From Caecitellus pseudoparvulus (Eukaryota; Protista; Bigyra: Bicosoecida): DNA of 64,000 nucleotides. The DNA lies in contig CBFFRQ010000045.1 in the NCBI GenBank assembly GCA_965644315.1, forward strand, positions 24,093-88,092, in the 5' to 3' direction. The position numbers and the translations under genes were made by a program. Below, piece after piece: positions 33,886-46,938 of this stretch; positions within the stretch are counted from its first letter, which is position 1, and each line of letters opens with the position of its first letter. The notes under the pieces are model-generated. The model made no database searches. It was not told where the DNA came from and saw only the letters and a program-made list of their open reading frames with translations.

Positions 33886-34416
33886 GGCGGCGGAGGAGGC
33901 GGCCTGCGCAGGGGTGGGAGGAGGCAGGGAGCGAGTGAGCCAGGTGCCCCGCCAGTGCAGCCGCTCGCATGCCGCACCTTGCTGCTTGAGGAGCCCATGA
34001 TGAGTTGGGTGTGGACAGGGACGGCAGGGCCACTTCCGGCTGCAGTGCAGTGCAGGTGAAGAAGGCCGCCGCAAGCAAGTCACGCAAGTGAGCTTCTGCG
34101 GCGAGAAAGGGAGAGAATGCCACTGCGGGGCCGCGCCCTGGGGCATGTGTTGAAGGGATTGCTTTGAGAGTGCACGGAAAATGAACGACGCCTGGTTTTG
34201 CGTTTCGGGAGCACAACAGCAGCCCCAAACTGTGTGCACGGTCCGAGCGACTTCAGGTCTCACTGCCCTATCTCGCCCACTTCGCACGGGGGAGGAAACT
34301 CGACAATTTAATCAACTTCAATGTTCCATACTGGTCCTGTCCCCAACGGCCAAAACCCTCCAATTGCACCTTGCGTGGCCTGGCCGCCGCTCGTATGCGG
34401 AAATCGAATGCAAGTC

Positions 34417-35868
34417 ATGGCCGGCAAAGCCTTGAAAGTGCGTGCAAGGGCGTGCGTGCTTGACGTCTTGGGCCTTTCCACGCACACTTTTCCATGTTCC
34501 ATCCTTTCAGGCTGTTCGGGGCATGCAGGACCTGCATGGGGTTGCTGCAGGGCGTTTCGACGCGGCGCTGGCTGCGATGACAGGCGTACTGCGCAGCTGT
34601 GGCTTTGCACGCGTGCACACGCCCATCGTGGAGCACCGCGCGACCTTCACTCGCAGCCTGGGGGCTGAGACTGACATCATTTCTAAGGTGGGCCCTGCCC
34701 CTGCCGCGCTGCGCACGCTGCAGCGCAGCACTCGCCCGCCCTGCCTGCACAGGAGATGTACAGCGTGGGCGGCAGTTCGGAGGAGCTGGTGCTGCGGCCT
34801 GAGGGCACGGCGGCGGTCCTGCGCGCGCATTTGGGAGGGGGCGGGCACCGCGGTGGCGTGGCGCGTTCGTATTACGCAGGGCCCATGTTCCGCCACGAGC
34901 GCCCCCAGTCAGGGCGTCTCCGGCAATTCACACAGGTGGGCGCAGAGGTGCTGGGCGCAGCGGGGCCGGGGGTGGACGCAGAGGTCATTGGCACAGCGTG
35001 GAGGAGCGTGCGGTGCGCCCTGGACACTCTGGCGGGGGGCGCCGCACCGCCAGTGGAGGTTCTGGTGAACTCCCTCGGCACAGCGCAGGAGCGGCAGTCG
35101 TACACGGCAGACTTGGCGGTGTACTTGGCGGCGCACGCAGAGGCGCTGTCCCCTGGCTCCCGTGCCAAGCTGCAGTCTGGGCACGTGCTGGGCGTGCTGG
35201 ACAGCAAGGCGCCCCAAGACGCCTCAGTGCTGGAGCACGCACCCATGCTGCCGCAGCATTGGGGCGCGGACACTTCTGCCGAGTGGGAGCAGTTGACAGG
35301 CACACTGCAGCGGTGGGGAGTGCCCTTCCGCCACACGCCTGGCCTGGTGCGGGGCCTGGACTACTACAACGGCACGGCCTTCGAGGTGGTGGTGGCGGGT
35401 GGCAGTGGCCGCGCACTCACCCTCGCTGGTGGGGGGCGCTACGACGCACTGGCCACAGCGCTGGGGGCGCGGGCACCCCTGCCAGCTGTCGGGTGGGCGG
35501 CGGGGCTGGAGCGCCTGCTGGCGCTGACTGGCGGCGCAGAGAAGGACGCCCCCCCCCCCTCCACACCCCTCATCACCGTCACCCCCCTGGAAGCGGCACC
35601 TGACGTGCTGGCCCTGGCACAGGACGCTGCCTTTGCCCTGCAGGGCGTCGCTGCCCAGCACGGGTGGCGCGTCGTGGCCCCAGTCACCGCCCGCAAGGCG
35701 CCCAAGGCCATCGCTGCCGCCGCCTCCGCTGGCGCCTCCGTGGCTGTGTTGGTGGGACAGGCCGAGGCGGCAGTGGGGAGTGTCGCCTTGCGGCACTTGC
35801 ATTCCAGACAGCAGGTGACAGTGCCAGTGCATGAAGCAGAGCAGTCGCTGCAGCGCCTGCTGCGGTAG
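34417..35868 (+). CDS. hisS: Histidyl-tRNA synthetase, bacterial/organellar type (start may lie upstream), 3 exons
   Basis: AVRGMQD, TPIVE, TDIISKEMY, LRPEGTA, GPMFRHERPQSGRLRQFTQ, LVRGLDYY, GGGRYD, GLERL. Confidence 0.93.
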
Positions 35869-35888
35869 TGGGCCGGCAGCAGCTCCCG

Positions 35889-37354
35889 TCAGCTGTCTGC
35901 AGCGGGCGGCGTCGCTGGTGGCGCGGGGGGGGGCGGCGCCCACAGCGCCACGGAGCTGTCTGCAGACGCGATGAGGGCGCAGGAGGGGTGCATGGCCACC
36001 GCTGTGACGGGGCCGCTGTGCTTGGCCAGTTCGCTGATGGTGAGCTTGGGGTCCACGCTGACGCCTGCGGGGGGAGAGATGGCCGACGCCTCCGCCCCCA
36101 GCGGGTACGCCGTGGGGGTCCACTTCTTGAGCTCTTGCCTGTACTCCACGTTGGCGAAGGTTTGGGCGGCTAACTCGTCGGCAGTCGGCGCCTGGGGCAT
36201 CTCGTGCATGTCGTACGCCCACACCCGCCCCTGTTCATTCCCCGTGACCAGGAAGCGGCTGTCGGGCGTCATGACGCAGCCGCTGCCCGCCAGGCCGTGC
36301 GTGGAGGCGACGGTGACCTCAGGCAGGGCGTCCTTCGGGTCCTCGCACGGCGACGCGTCCAGCACAATGCAGCCGTGTTGCTCACAGGCGGCGACGAGGA
36401 AGCGGTTGTCGGCGGAGAAGGCCAGCCCCTGGAAGTGCAGGGGGCGGTGGGGGGAGGAGGCCACGCGGCTGCCGCCCTCCCGTGTGGCGATGCGGCGCGA
36501 GGCGAAGGGCGCGTGGGCGTTGCGTGCGTCGAACAAGGACACAGTGTGGTCGGGGCTGGCCACGGCGAACACTTGCCCGGAAGGGTCCACCCCCACGCTG
36601 CCACGCCCCAGCACGCCACTGGTGACCTTCTTGCCGCGCGCCGCCTCCACGTACTTGTTCAGGCTGCCATCAGGCAGGGTGGGGGAGGGGTACGCCAGCA
36701 TGCCGGTGTGGGCGCAGTTGGGGCTGCGCACGTCCCACAGGCGGAAGGTGCCGTCCAGGCTGGAGGTGAGGAAGGTGTCGCTGCCAGGTCGCATGGCGAT
36801 GTCCGTCACCGTCGCGACGTGCCCCTTGAAGATGCGCACGACCTTGTTCTCGTACAGGCTGTGGTACATGAGCATGCCTGCCCAGCAGCGGTGCGAGGAG
36901 GGCGTGTGAAGCATAGCAGGTGCTTGGAGCGGCCAGTGCTTTGCACGCACCTTGCGCACGAGCGCTGTTGGTGCCGTCGTACCGCCCCGCAAAGAGGACG
37001 AACTGGGAGTGGTGTGTAAACGTCACTGCCTGGCAGCCTGATGCCTTGAAACTGTACACTGCTTCCGGCTTGCCTGTGCGTTGGCGTGGGATGAGTGCTT
37101 GGCCTGGCCGAATTTCCGCACGCTGCCCCGCCTTCCCACGCACCGTCAGAGCTGCGAATGACCTGCACGGTGCGATCGTTGAAAGAGCCGGCCAAGTACA
37201 TGCCATCGTCGCTGAAGCTGAGCTTGTTGCAGCGCCGGTCCTGCGCCTGCTCCGCCTTCAGCTTGCCATTGCCGGCGTTGTGCAGGACAGCCGACGGCAG
37301 GAAGCTGCCCAGCAGCGCAGGGGTCAGGGTGACCGGCCCGCTGGACGCCGCCAT
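35889..37354 (-). CDS. WDR82: WD repeat protein 82 / COMPASS Swd2
   Basis: FTHH, YHSLYENKVVRIFKGH, DTFLTSSLDGTFRLWDVRSPNC, DPSGQVFAV, TPDSRFLVTG. Confidence 0.85.
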
Positions 37355-37451
37355 GCCTGCCGTGGAGCGTGAAGTGTGCGGCACGGGGCGGAGTGGCGCC
37401 GGCGGCAGGCTCGCTTGGGCAGTGCATTTTGAAGGGGGCAGTGGCAGTGTC

Positions 37452-39642
37452 TCATTTCTTGCTCGCGGCAGCAGCGGCAGCCGCGTCTAGGACAGAGTTC
37501 ACCTTTGCGATGAGGGTGGCGACGACGTCGCTGTCTGCCAGCGTCGTGATGTCGCCCAGCTGGTCCGCCTCGCGGGAGGCGATCTTGCGCAGCACCCGGC
37601 GCATGATCTTACCCGAGCGAGTCTTTGGCAGGGCCTGCGTCAGGACGATGTGGTCTGGCGTGGCGAAGGGGCCGATGCCCTTGCGCACCTGCAGGCGCAG
37701 CTCGGACAGCAGGCCTGGCGTCTCCTGCACGCCCTCCACCGGCGTCACGTAGCAGCAAATGCCCTCGCCCTTGGTGCTGTGCGGGAAGCCAATCACCGCC
37801 GCCTCAGCCACGCTGTCGTGCTCCACCAGCACAGACTCGATTTCAGCGCTGCCCAGGCGGTGCCCTGACACGTTCAGCACGTCGTCCACCCGCCCCGTGA
37901 TCCACAGGTACCCGTCCTTGTCCCTGTACCCGCCGTCCCCCGTGAAGTAGTACCCCGGGAACGGCTTCATGTACGTGTTCAAGTACCGCTGGTGGTCGCC
38001 GTACACGGTACGCGCCATGCCTGGCCAGATGCCTTTGACACACACCATGCCAGCCACGCTGTTACCCTGCAACTCCGCGCCCTCCTTGCTCAGCAGTGCA
38101 ATGTCGATGCCAAAGAAGGGCAGCGTGGCGCTGCCGGCCTTGGTGGGGGTGGCACCGGGCAGAGGCGTCACGATAATGCCACCCGTCTCTGTCTGCCAGT
38201 ACGTGTCCACGATGGCGCACTTGCCGCCGCCGACGTGGCTGTGGTACCACCTCCACGCCTCCGGGTTGATGGGCTCCCCCACGCTGCCCAGCACACGGAG
38301 AGAGGAGAGGTCTTTGCCCTCCAGGGGCTGCGTGCCGAAACGCATGAGGGCGCGGATGGCGGTGGGCGCCGTGTAGAACTGCGTCACCTTGTACTGCTGC
38401 ACGAGGTCCCAGTACCGGCTGGGGTTGGGGTACGTCGGCGTGCTCTCGAACATGAGCGTGGTGGCGCCGTTGGCCAGGGGGCCATACACGATGTAGGAGT
38501 GCCCAGTAATCCAGCCACAGTCCGCCACGCACGCATACACGTCTCCCGGGCGCACGTCGAAGACGTACTTGTGCGTGAGCATGGCGTACAGGATGTACCC
38601 CGCCTGGGTGTGGGCGACGCCCTTGGGCTTGCCAGTGGAGCCCGACGTGTACAGCAGGAACAGGGGGTCCTCCGCATCCATGGTGACGGGGGCACAGTAC
38701 GGCCGCGCTTTGGGCAGCTCCTCGCTCATCTTCACGTCCTTGGCGCCGTAGGACACCAGGTGGCTGCCCGTGTGCTGGTACACAAACACCTGCTCAATGC
38801 AGGCACACGCCGCCACCGCCGCGTCACATGTCGCCTTCAGGGGGATCGTGCGCCCTCCCCGCTTGCCCTCGTCTGCCGTCATGAGCCAGCGACACTTGGC
38901 GTCCAGGATGCGGTCCCGCAAGCTGTCGGCGCTGAAGCCAGCGAACACGACCGAGTGCACTGCGCCGATGCGCGCACAGGCCAGCATGGCGAAGGCCAGG
39001 TCGGGGATCATGGGCATGTAGATGGCCACCGTGTCGCCCTTGCGCACGCCGTGCGCCAGCAGCGTGTTGGCCACCTTGCACGTCTCAGCCAGCACTTGCT
39101 TGTATGTGAAGGTGCGGCTGGTGCCGGGCTCATCCCCCTCGTGGATGATGGCCACCTGGTCCCCCCGGTCTGCCAAGTGCCGGTCGATACACTGGTGCGA
39201 CACGTTCAGCTGCCCACCTACAGGAGGATGGCGAGCGTGGCATGCGCCTGGGTGCAGCGCTTGGGCGCAGCGCTGGCCGCCTCACCTTCAAACCAGCGCA
39301 CGTCGCCCTCCATGAAGCTGCCGCCGCACGTGTCCGTGAAGTCACGGAACCAGAACAGGTTCTCGCGCGCCATGCGGGCCCAAAAGCTGGAGGGATCCGT
39401 CACGCTCTCGGTCCACAATGCCTTGTACTCCTCCATGCTCTGGGCGGTGGGCGAAGGTGTGTGAGACTGCTGCAGCGGCGTGGTGGCAGGCGGCGGCAGC
39501 ACCTCACTTGAATGTGCGCACCCTCTTGCGCGTGGGGAGGAACGGCATACTTCACTGCACCATCACGTTCGTCAATGTCCCCGTCGTCCACCCGGGCCTT
39601 CTTGGCGGGGCTCTCCGCGGTGTCAGTCGCAATCGCTGCCAT
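37452..39642 (-). CDS. ACS: Acetyl-CoA synthetase (AMP-forming), 3 exons
   Basis: YTSGSTGKPKG, GWITGHSY, GSVGEPINPEAW, DTYWQTETGG, GRVDDV, PKTRSGKIMRR. Confidence 0.97.
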
Positions 39643-40047
39643 GCTTGCTGTCCAGCGTCCAGGTGCACTGCACCTCTGCCGGCTGCTGGCCTTTCACTGG
39701 GCAGGTGAGTAAGGGGGGTGGGCTACAGTGGGCTGCGTTGAATTGAATTCAGGCCCTGACCTGCATGAAACGGCTGCTGTGTCCCTGCCCACGCTTCCTC
39801 CCGCTCCGGGGGCGCCAGCCACCCCTGCAAGGCCAGCCAGCCCGGCTGCGTTGCGGCGGGGTGGACGGCGAGAGTTGCAGGAGCACAGAATGTGAACCTT
39901 GCCAAAGCCAAAACACCTCATAGCCACTACTGCAGCGCGCACGCAATAGGTGCAGATAGAGTCCCTTACTTTAGGCTTCCACAGCCGCCAACGCCGCGTC
40001 GTCGTGCCGTTCCAAGGCGAGGAGCATCGCTCCTCAGCAACACCAGC

Positions 40048-40817
40048 ATGCGGATTTTGAGCATTTTGCTGGGTGCCGCAGTGGTCGCCTTGCTCGCGAG
40101 CCCCACCGTGTTAGCACGGGATGACCAAACCGACCATGTACATGCTGCATGTCTGCGTGCCTGTGTCCCCCCCACAGTGGCCGAGTCTCGCAAGTACCAC
40201 TGCAAGAAGTTCGTGAAGGTGAGGCAGAAGTCTGCGCAGTGAAACGCGCCATGCAGCGATGTCAAGCAGCGAGCATTGCCCCACTTCGCAGACTCGGCCA
40301 ACTCCAAAAGTATGTGATGCACTGGAGCTTTGCGCGCACTCAGCCCCGAGCACACTGCCCGACGTGGCGCCGCCCGGCACAGGTGTTTCGCATTTGTGAC
40401 TTGGCCATGCGCAAGACATTCTCCACTGCCTGCGCCAATGCTTGCAACCGTGGCGCTGCCGCCTGTGAAGACTACAAGTCCACCAGTGCGTACGCTGCGC
40501 TGGAGGAGACGACCTGCAAGCAGTACGAGTACGTGCTGCCGAGGCCAACTATGAAGAACGTCTGCCGTGCTGGCTTCAAGATGGGCGGCTCCCTCGGGTG
40601 TGAGACTGGTGCGCGGGCACTGGCAGACGCCATGGCGGAGGAGGACGCCGCAGCCATGGCAGCCGCGTTCGAGGAGGAGGTGGGCAGTGATGCCAGCGCT
40701 AACGCTGAGCCGCTGGAAGACGAAGAGGCCGCCCTCGCAGCAGGAGGCGTCGATGAAGGAGTCAAGATTGAAGAGGAGGCGTCCCTGGAGGGCTCTGCAG
40801 AGGAGGAACACACATGA
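40048..40817 (+). CDS. Small secreted Cys-rich protein with acidic tail, spliced
   Basis: Signal peptide MRILSILLGAAVVALLASPTVLA; two related C..C...[R/LP]RP....C modules; Glu-rich C-terminus. Confidence 0.65.
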
Positions 40818-41067
40818 GAACAGATGAGGGCTGTCAAAGGTAATACGACAAAGAATACATGACCCGTTCTACTACAAGTTTCTCACCACTATCGTTATTG
40901 ACGATTGGATTGGCGCTTTCGTTTTTAGCGATTGCATAGCCTACCGGCGAGTAAATTACACTGAATACAGTCGCAGGGAAGTGTCCTGCGCACTCTTCAG
41001 CTCTTTGTTTGTCTTTGCGGCCCAGGCGGTGTCGCCCTTAGCTTGAGAGTGTCGTGCACAGGTGGAC

Positions 41068-42613
41068 ATGGTTGGAGCAGGCAGATTCCTGTCTGCACTG
41101 TTGTGCCTTGCGGCAGCCTCCTTGCTGTGGCGGGGAGGCTCTGCACAGTACCCAGTGCCAGACTCCCTCATTGAGTGTCCTGCGAATTTGACGTTCCCCG
41201 ACACTCGTGTGGACACGACTGCGCTGCGCTTGGCCACGTGGAATATGGAGTGGTGAGTTGCGGAAATCGGCCGCTGCACCTGGTTGCACCAGGCTCGTCA
41301 TGCAGGCTGCAGGGCACGTACGGGGTGCTCCACACAGGTTTTACGACGACAAGCCCCCCTACGCAAACCGGGGCCCTCCCAATGACGCAGCGCTTCAAGA
41401 GCGCATCAACAATTTCACGGAGGTCATGGGGCAGCTGCAGGCCGACGTGTGGAACCTGAACGAAATCGAAGGGTGCTTCATGCTGAACCGCCTCTTCAAC
41501 GGCAGCAGTCCCGCCCTACCCCCCGTCTACTCCGTCGCTGTGGGGCGCAGCGACGACACGGGCACGGGGCAGCACTTGGGCCTGCTCAGCCGGGTCCCCT
41601 TCACGGCGCCGCTGGCCTTCTCCACCGCCCGCGCCGACATCCCCCTGAACGACTCCCGCTGCGGCTGGGTGGGCAGCAAGACGACGGGCGCCAGCAAGCA
41701 CTACGTGGCTCAGGTGTCCGCACCCCCCTTCGGCACCATCATCCTGGGCGGCGTGCACTTTAAATCCGCCCCCAACGACCCCCCCTCCTGCGCCCAGCGT
41801 GAGGGCCAAGCACAGGTGTTTGTGAACGCTGTGCAAGCAGCGCTGGACGCCGTGAGCGGCCCTGCCCACGTCGTGGTCTTTGGCGACTTCAACGACTTCA
41901 GCAACGCCGTGCCTGACGTCAGCGGCAGCCAGGCCAACTCTCGTGTTCTGGAGTGGGTCACGCGGCGCCTGGATCTGCGGGCCGTCGCACACACCGTGCC
42001 ACAGGGTGACAGGCACACGTGGGGCCCCAGCTCCTCCTTCCCGGCGTCGCAGCTGGACCACATGCTGGTGTCGCCGTCCCTCTTCCGGCACCTGGCCAGC
42101 GTGGACATCTACCGCAACGCCAGCACCTTCCCCAGCCTCAGCGACCACGCCCCCATCATCGCCACCTTCACACAGAGCGCCAACCGCACGGTCCCTGGCC
42201 TGCCCTCTGCCTGTGCCTTCCTGCCCTTCAGCCCACCCTCCTGTGGCTGTGCCCCCGCCCCAGCCTGCTCCCCCAGTGCAGCCCCCTCTCCAGCCGCCTC
42301 ACCCTCACCGCCCGCCACCCCCAGCGCATCCCCCTCCACCTCCCCAGCAGCGCCCAGCGGCGGCAGCAGTGGCAAGGACCCCGACGCTGGGGGTGTGTCT
42401 CCCGGTGCGACAGGCGGCATCGCCGTGGGCACGTTCCTCGTCGGCTTGGCGGTGGGGTGGCTCGTGCACATGTTCTGCGGTCCCCGCCGCTCGGGACCAC
42501 CCCGCACCAAACTGCCCGACACCTACCAAGGCATGGAGGCGGGCGGGGGGCACCAAGGGCGCTCCTCCTCCGCGGCCCGTTCCGACCGCGTGGAGCTGGC
42601 ACAGCAGGCGTGA
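41068..42613 (+). CDS. Type I membrane endonuclease/exonuclease/phosphatase (DNase I-like) protein
   Basis: Signal peptide; TWNMEW, LNEIE, HFKS, GDFND, LDHMLV, SDHAP; Ser/Pro stalk; transmembrane IAVGTFLVGLAVGWLVHMF. Confidence 0.88.
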
Positions 42614-42710
42614 GGGGACTGTACTGCCCGGCCAATGCAAGTAAGTGTGCTGCTGCTGAGCGTGGCGGCATCGTCGCGAGCCGTGCATTGGTGCGGCGAC
42701 GGCAGCCGCC

Positions 42711-44271
42711 TCACCGGACCCACCCCCCATTGCCCTTCGTGATGCTCCTGAGGCTGTCCAAAGCCTCATCGTCGCCGCCTGCCATGACGGGGTTGCCCTT
42801 CAGCATGACGCGGTAAATGGTGGGGATCTGCAGCAGCACCGGCGGCAGGGTTGTCATGGCATTGCCGTTGGCCAGCACTGTCTTGAGGCGAGTGCAGGAT
42901 GCCAGGCCAGCTGGCAAGGTGGTCAGCTGGTTGGCGCCGACGTTGAGGATTTCCAGCGCTGCCATGGCGCCGATGCCTTCGGGCAGGGCGGTGAGTTTGT
43001 TCCCCTTCAAGTTCAGCGTCGTGACGGCGGTGAGCGGAGCCAGGCGCGCGTCAGGCACCTCTGCCAGCTGGCAGGAGTTCTGCAGGGGGGGGATGCAGAC
43101 CGCGTTTCGTGCAGTGCGTGGGAGTTTGGCGCTACAGGGGCGCCGTAGGGCGGCGACGCACCATGTCCAACATCGTCAGCGCAGGGGCAGCGGAGCCCAA
43201 GTCAGGCAGCTCCGTGAGGGGGTTCTGGTGCAGCTGCAGCTGCTCCAGCGTCGCGGCAGGGCCAGCAAGGGACGGCAGCATGACCATGGTGTTCCTGCAC
43301 AGGCGGTCGTCGGTGTGTGGGGCGGTGCAGGGCTGCGGCTCGGCGTGTGGTGGGTGCACCTACGCAAAGGCTGCAATGCGCGTGACTGCCGTCCACTGCG
43401 ACAGGTCCGGCAGTGTCTTGAGCCGGTTGTCGGCGACGTTGAAGTCCAGCATGGCAGCGCACTTGGAAATGGACGCTGGCAGGCGGATGAGGGAGTTGTT
43501 GAAGAAGTTTGCTTCTTGCAGGTGGGTGAGGCTGCCGATGTCCTCGGGCAGCGCCTTGAGCTCGTTTTTGAAGGCGATGAGGACGCTCAGGCTCGAGCAG
43601 CCGCAGAGGGAGTCTGGCAGACTGGTCAGGCTGTTCTCGCTGACATCCAGGCGCTCCTGCGTTGAGTTGAGGGGGTGGGCCGGGTGTCGGTATGGCGCAG
43701 CAAGTGGGAGGTGCAGTGCCGCAGCAGCAAGCCGCGGAGGCCAGCTGCCCTGCAACTAGTTGCGGACACGGCCAGCGACAGCCCGCCACGCAGCCACCTC
43801 CACAGCGACTCATTAAGGCCACAGAGCGGGCTGTCCTCAGGCTGCGCTTGCAGCCTCGCCTGTCTCGGGCCTGGACACAAAGGCACGCACCAGGAGAGGG
43901 AAAACGCTCCCCAGCTCGGCCGGCAGCTCTGTGAGGAGGTTTTCGCTGGCATCCAGCTCCGTGAGGGCGCTGAACACAAGCAGCTCAGGGGGAAACGCCG
44001 CGACCTTCTGCCCCTTGATGCTGAGCTTGCGCACAGCGCTGACGTCGGCGCCTTGCAGTGCGCTCAAATCCTCCAAGCTCACGCCGCTGGCCGCTGACAA
44101 GTCCAGGCCCCCTCCTGCCTGCGCGGCTTCCAGCGCAGAGGCGAGCTTGGAGGCGCCTCCCGACCCACTGGCTGCAGGCTGAGCGGTGTCCTGTGCAGGG
44201 TTCTTGACAGAGGTGCCCACGCCGACAGTGCTGCTGTCTGCTGTGGCAGCCTTGGAGCTGCCACAGCCCAT
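42711..44271 (-). CDS. Leucine-rich repeat protein with N-terminal MGCGSS acylation motif, multi-exon
   Basis: Repeated LxxLxLxxNxLxxLP units across exons; MGCxxS myristoylation/palmitoylation consensus. Confidence 0.85.
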
Positions 44272-44418
44272 GGTGCTGGGAGCAAAAACCGCAGGTGGCC
44301 GCCGGCGCACTGGCGGCAGATTTGCACAATGCAAGCGATAGCGAAGACGAGCTGCTTCTCGCACATGCACACAGCTGAGTGATTTGACGTTGAGAGACCC
44401 ACCCGTACCGCGGCAGCC

Positions 44419-45171
44419 ATGTACAGGGGCCGTGGAGGTGGGCGAGGCGGCCGAGGCGGAGGCCGGGGGCGTGGGCGTGGGCGTGGCGGCGGCCGCGGGG
44501 GCTTTGGTGGCCGCGGGGGCTACGACCAGGGCCCTCCTGAGTATGTTGAGGGTGCGTGTGCTCGCGCGCTGGGCGTGTGGCGCGGGCGAGCGCCGGTGGG
44601 CTGCAGCTGCTGCACGCGTTGAATTTCCGCACCCCGCAGAGGTTGGCGAGTACCAGCACGAAGCGGAGGGCGAGATGGTGTGCAACAGCACCCACGAGAA
44701 GGTGCCCTACTTTAACGCGTACATCTTCCTGGAGAACAAGACCCAGATTGGCAAGGTGGAGGAGGTCTTCGGCCCCACCACACAGGTGGTGCGTGTTCCC
44801 GCCTGCTGGTGTGCCTGCATTAGGACCTCACCCCACCCCGCTCCCACCCCTCGCCGCAGATGTTCACCGTCAAGTGCTCCAATGGCGTCGTCGCGTCCTC
44901 CTTCAAGAAGGGTGACAAGGTGTACATTGCCCCCGACAAGCTCCTGCCCATGTCTCGCTTCCTGCCCCAGCCCAAGGGCAGTGGTGGCTCCAAGGGCCGC
45001 GGTGGTGGTCGCGGTGGTCGCGGAGGTGGTCGCGGTGGAGGTCGCGGCCGTGGTGGTCGCGGTGGCGGCTTTGGTGGCCGTGGTCGCGGTGGCTTCGGCG
45101 GTGGTCGTGGTGGTGGCCGCGGACGGGGTGGTGGCTTCGGCGGCCGTGGCCGTGGTCGAGGCCGCTACTAA
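44419..45171 (+). CDS. GAR1: H/ACA snoRNP subunit GAR1, 3 exons
   Basis: RGG-rich termini; [41 protein letters not shown]. Confidence 0.96.
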
Positions 45172-45363
45172 GCCCCCCCCCTCCACCCCCCAAGCACAGT
45201 GTGCCGCAGACCCTCCCGTCAGGGTGGTTGAGCACCCCAAGCCACTCGCCAGGCACACAGGAACGACGGCCACACAAGCCGCAGTGGCTTCCCACCCCCT
45301 GCGGCAAGGCCACAGGGGCCCTCTGCTTGCCCAGCTGAAGAATGCACCGCCCTCGCACCCTGC

Positions 45364-46612
45364 TCAGCCGTCGCCACTGCCACCCCCCGCCTCGTCCTCG
45401 CTGCCCGAGTCTGAGTCTGACAGGGTGATGACGCCTCCCCCTCCCCCCTCCGCCAGAGCCGCGCTGACACGCTCACCGGTGGGGTCCGAGGTCCCCCCCC
45501 CCTCCTCCTCCCCCGAGGCACAGGCGTCAGGGGGTGCTGTGTAGGTGGCACGCCCCCCCCTCGCCCTCCACTGAGCTACAGGGGGCATGCCCACCACTGC
45601 CCGCTTGGCGTTGGATGCCAGCGCACTGCCGGCACCGGCCTGGGAGAAGGGCGTGTGCAGCACATCCAACAGACGGCGCACTTTGGCCTCTCCCAGCCCC
45701 GGGCACGCACGCAGGGCGGCAGGGCTGGCTTTGGCCATGCCTGCCACAGAGTGGAATGTGTTCAGCAGCGTCAGCGCGTCGGTTTTGTTCACGCCCCGCA
45801 CCCTGCCCAAGGCGCCTTGCACCGTTGCCACGAAGCCCTTCGAGGCCTTGGGCTTGATGGTCACCATGCCTTTCTTCTCGTACGCCTTGTATGTCTCCAG
45901 GTACCTGACGCGGCGCGCGTGTGCGGCAGTGTGGTGCCACGCGCTGACTCGCAACGCTGCGCTGACCGGAGTGACTCACCGAGCTGACTCCGCCGCTGAC
46001 CACGTCACTATGGCGGTGAAATCATTCAGCACTGCCTGGTGACACAGCTCTTGCAAGGGGTGAGTGCTGTCATCCACATCAATCTGCGCACTCAGGGTGG
46101 GGGCGGTGCGGAGAGCGTGACATGTGTGTGGCCACCGCTCACCGCACCTGGATCAGCAGCACACGCAGTTGAAACTCCGAACGCAAGCTCATCATGCGTT
46201 TGAAGGCATACTGTGGGTGCAGCAAGTGGTACCTGATGGAGATGAAGAGGGCGGCAGAGGTGGGGCTCAAGATGAAGTCGGGCTTGATGTCAGCGTACTC
46301 CCACGCCACCTGGCGAACATGGGACAAGAGGGGGTTGCCCTGCTGTCGGCGTGCGACGAGTAGATTTGCACCAGAGCCCACGGCATGGCGGGGGAGTGGC
46401 GGGCGGGGGTCTCCGCCCGCCACGGGGGCTGGTGCTGGCACAAGTGCTGCCGCAGGTGTTGGCGCTGACGACGGCTCAGGCAGCGGCTGCGCGACGGCGC
46501 CAAACGCCGCTGCGAAGCTGCTGGACTGAGCAGGATCCGAAGTGGGCAATGACGGCTGCACTCGTCGCTCCTCTGCAGCAGCCTCAGCCGCCTCCAGGTC
46601 TGGAATGTCCAT
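45364..46612 (-). CDS. ERCC1: DNA excision repair protein ERCC1, 3 exons
   Basis: [55 protein letters not shown] HhH motif. Confidence 0.93.
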
Positions 46613-46938
46613 GGTCAGGCTTCGTGCACCGGTGGCCCGAGCAATTACCGCAACGCAGCGCCACCTGCCGCCCTGCACAGCAGTCAGGGAAGTGCGAGTG
46701 GGAGTAGAGTCCGTCTGACGCAATATGGAGGGAAAGGGTCGTGTCGGGACCAGGCAACTTCCCAGGCTGCCGCAGATTGCGAGTGCGTTTGGTTTTGGTA
46801 GGCGTGCTTCTCCAGCGAGGCTGGCTTGCATCCAAGTGCCGCGGAGGACCAAATCGCCGCCGCCTCGGCATTGCAGCCCCGAGCCCCAGCCAACACAGCG
46901 CTGTCACTGCACGCGTCAGGAACCAACCTGACGCAGGC

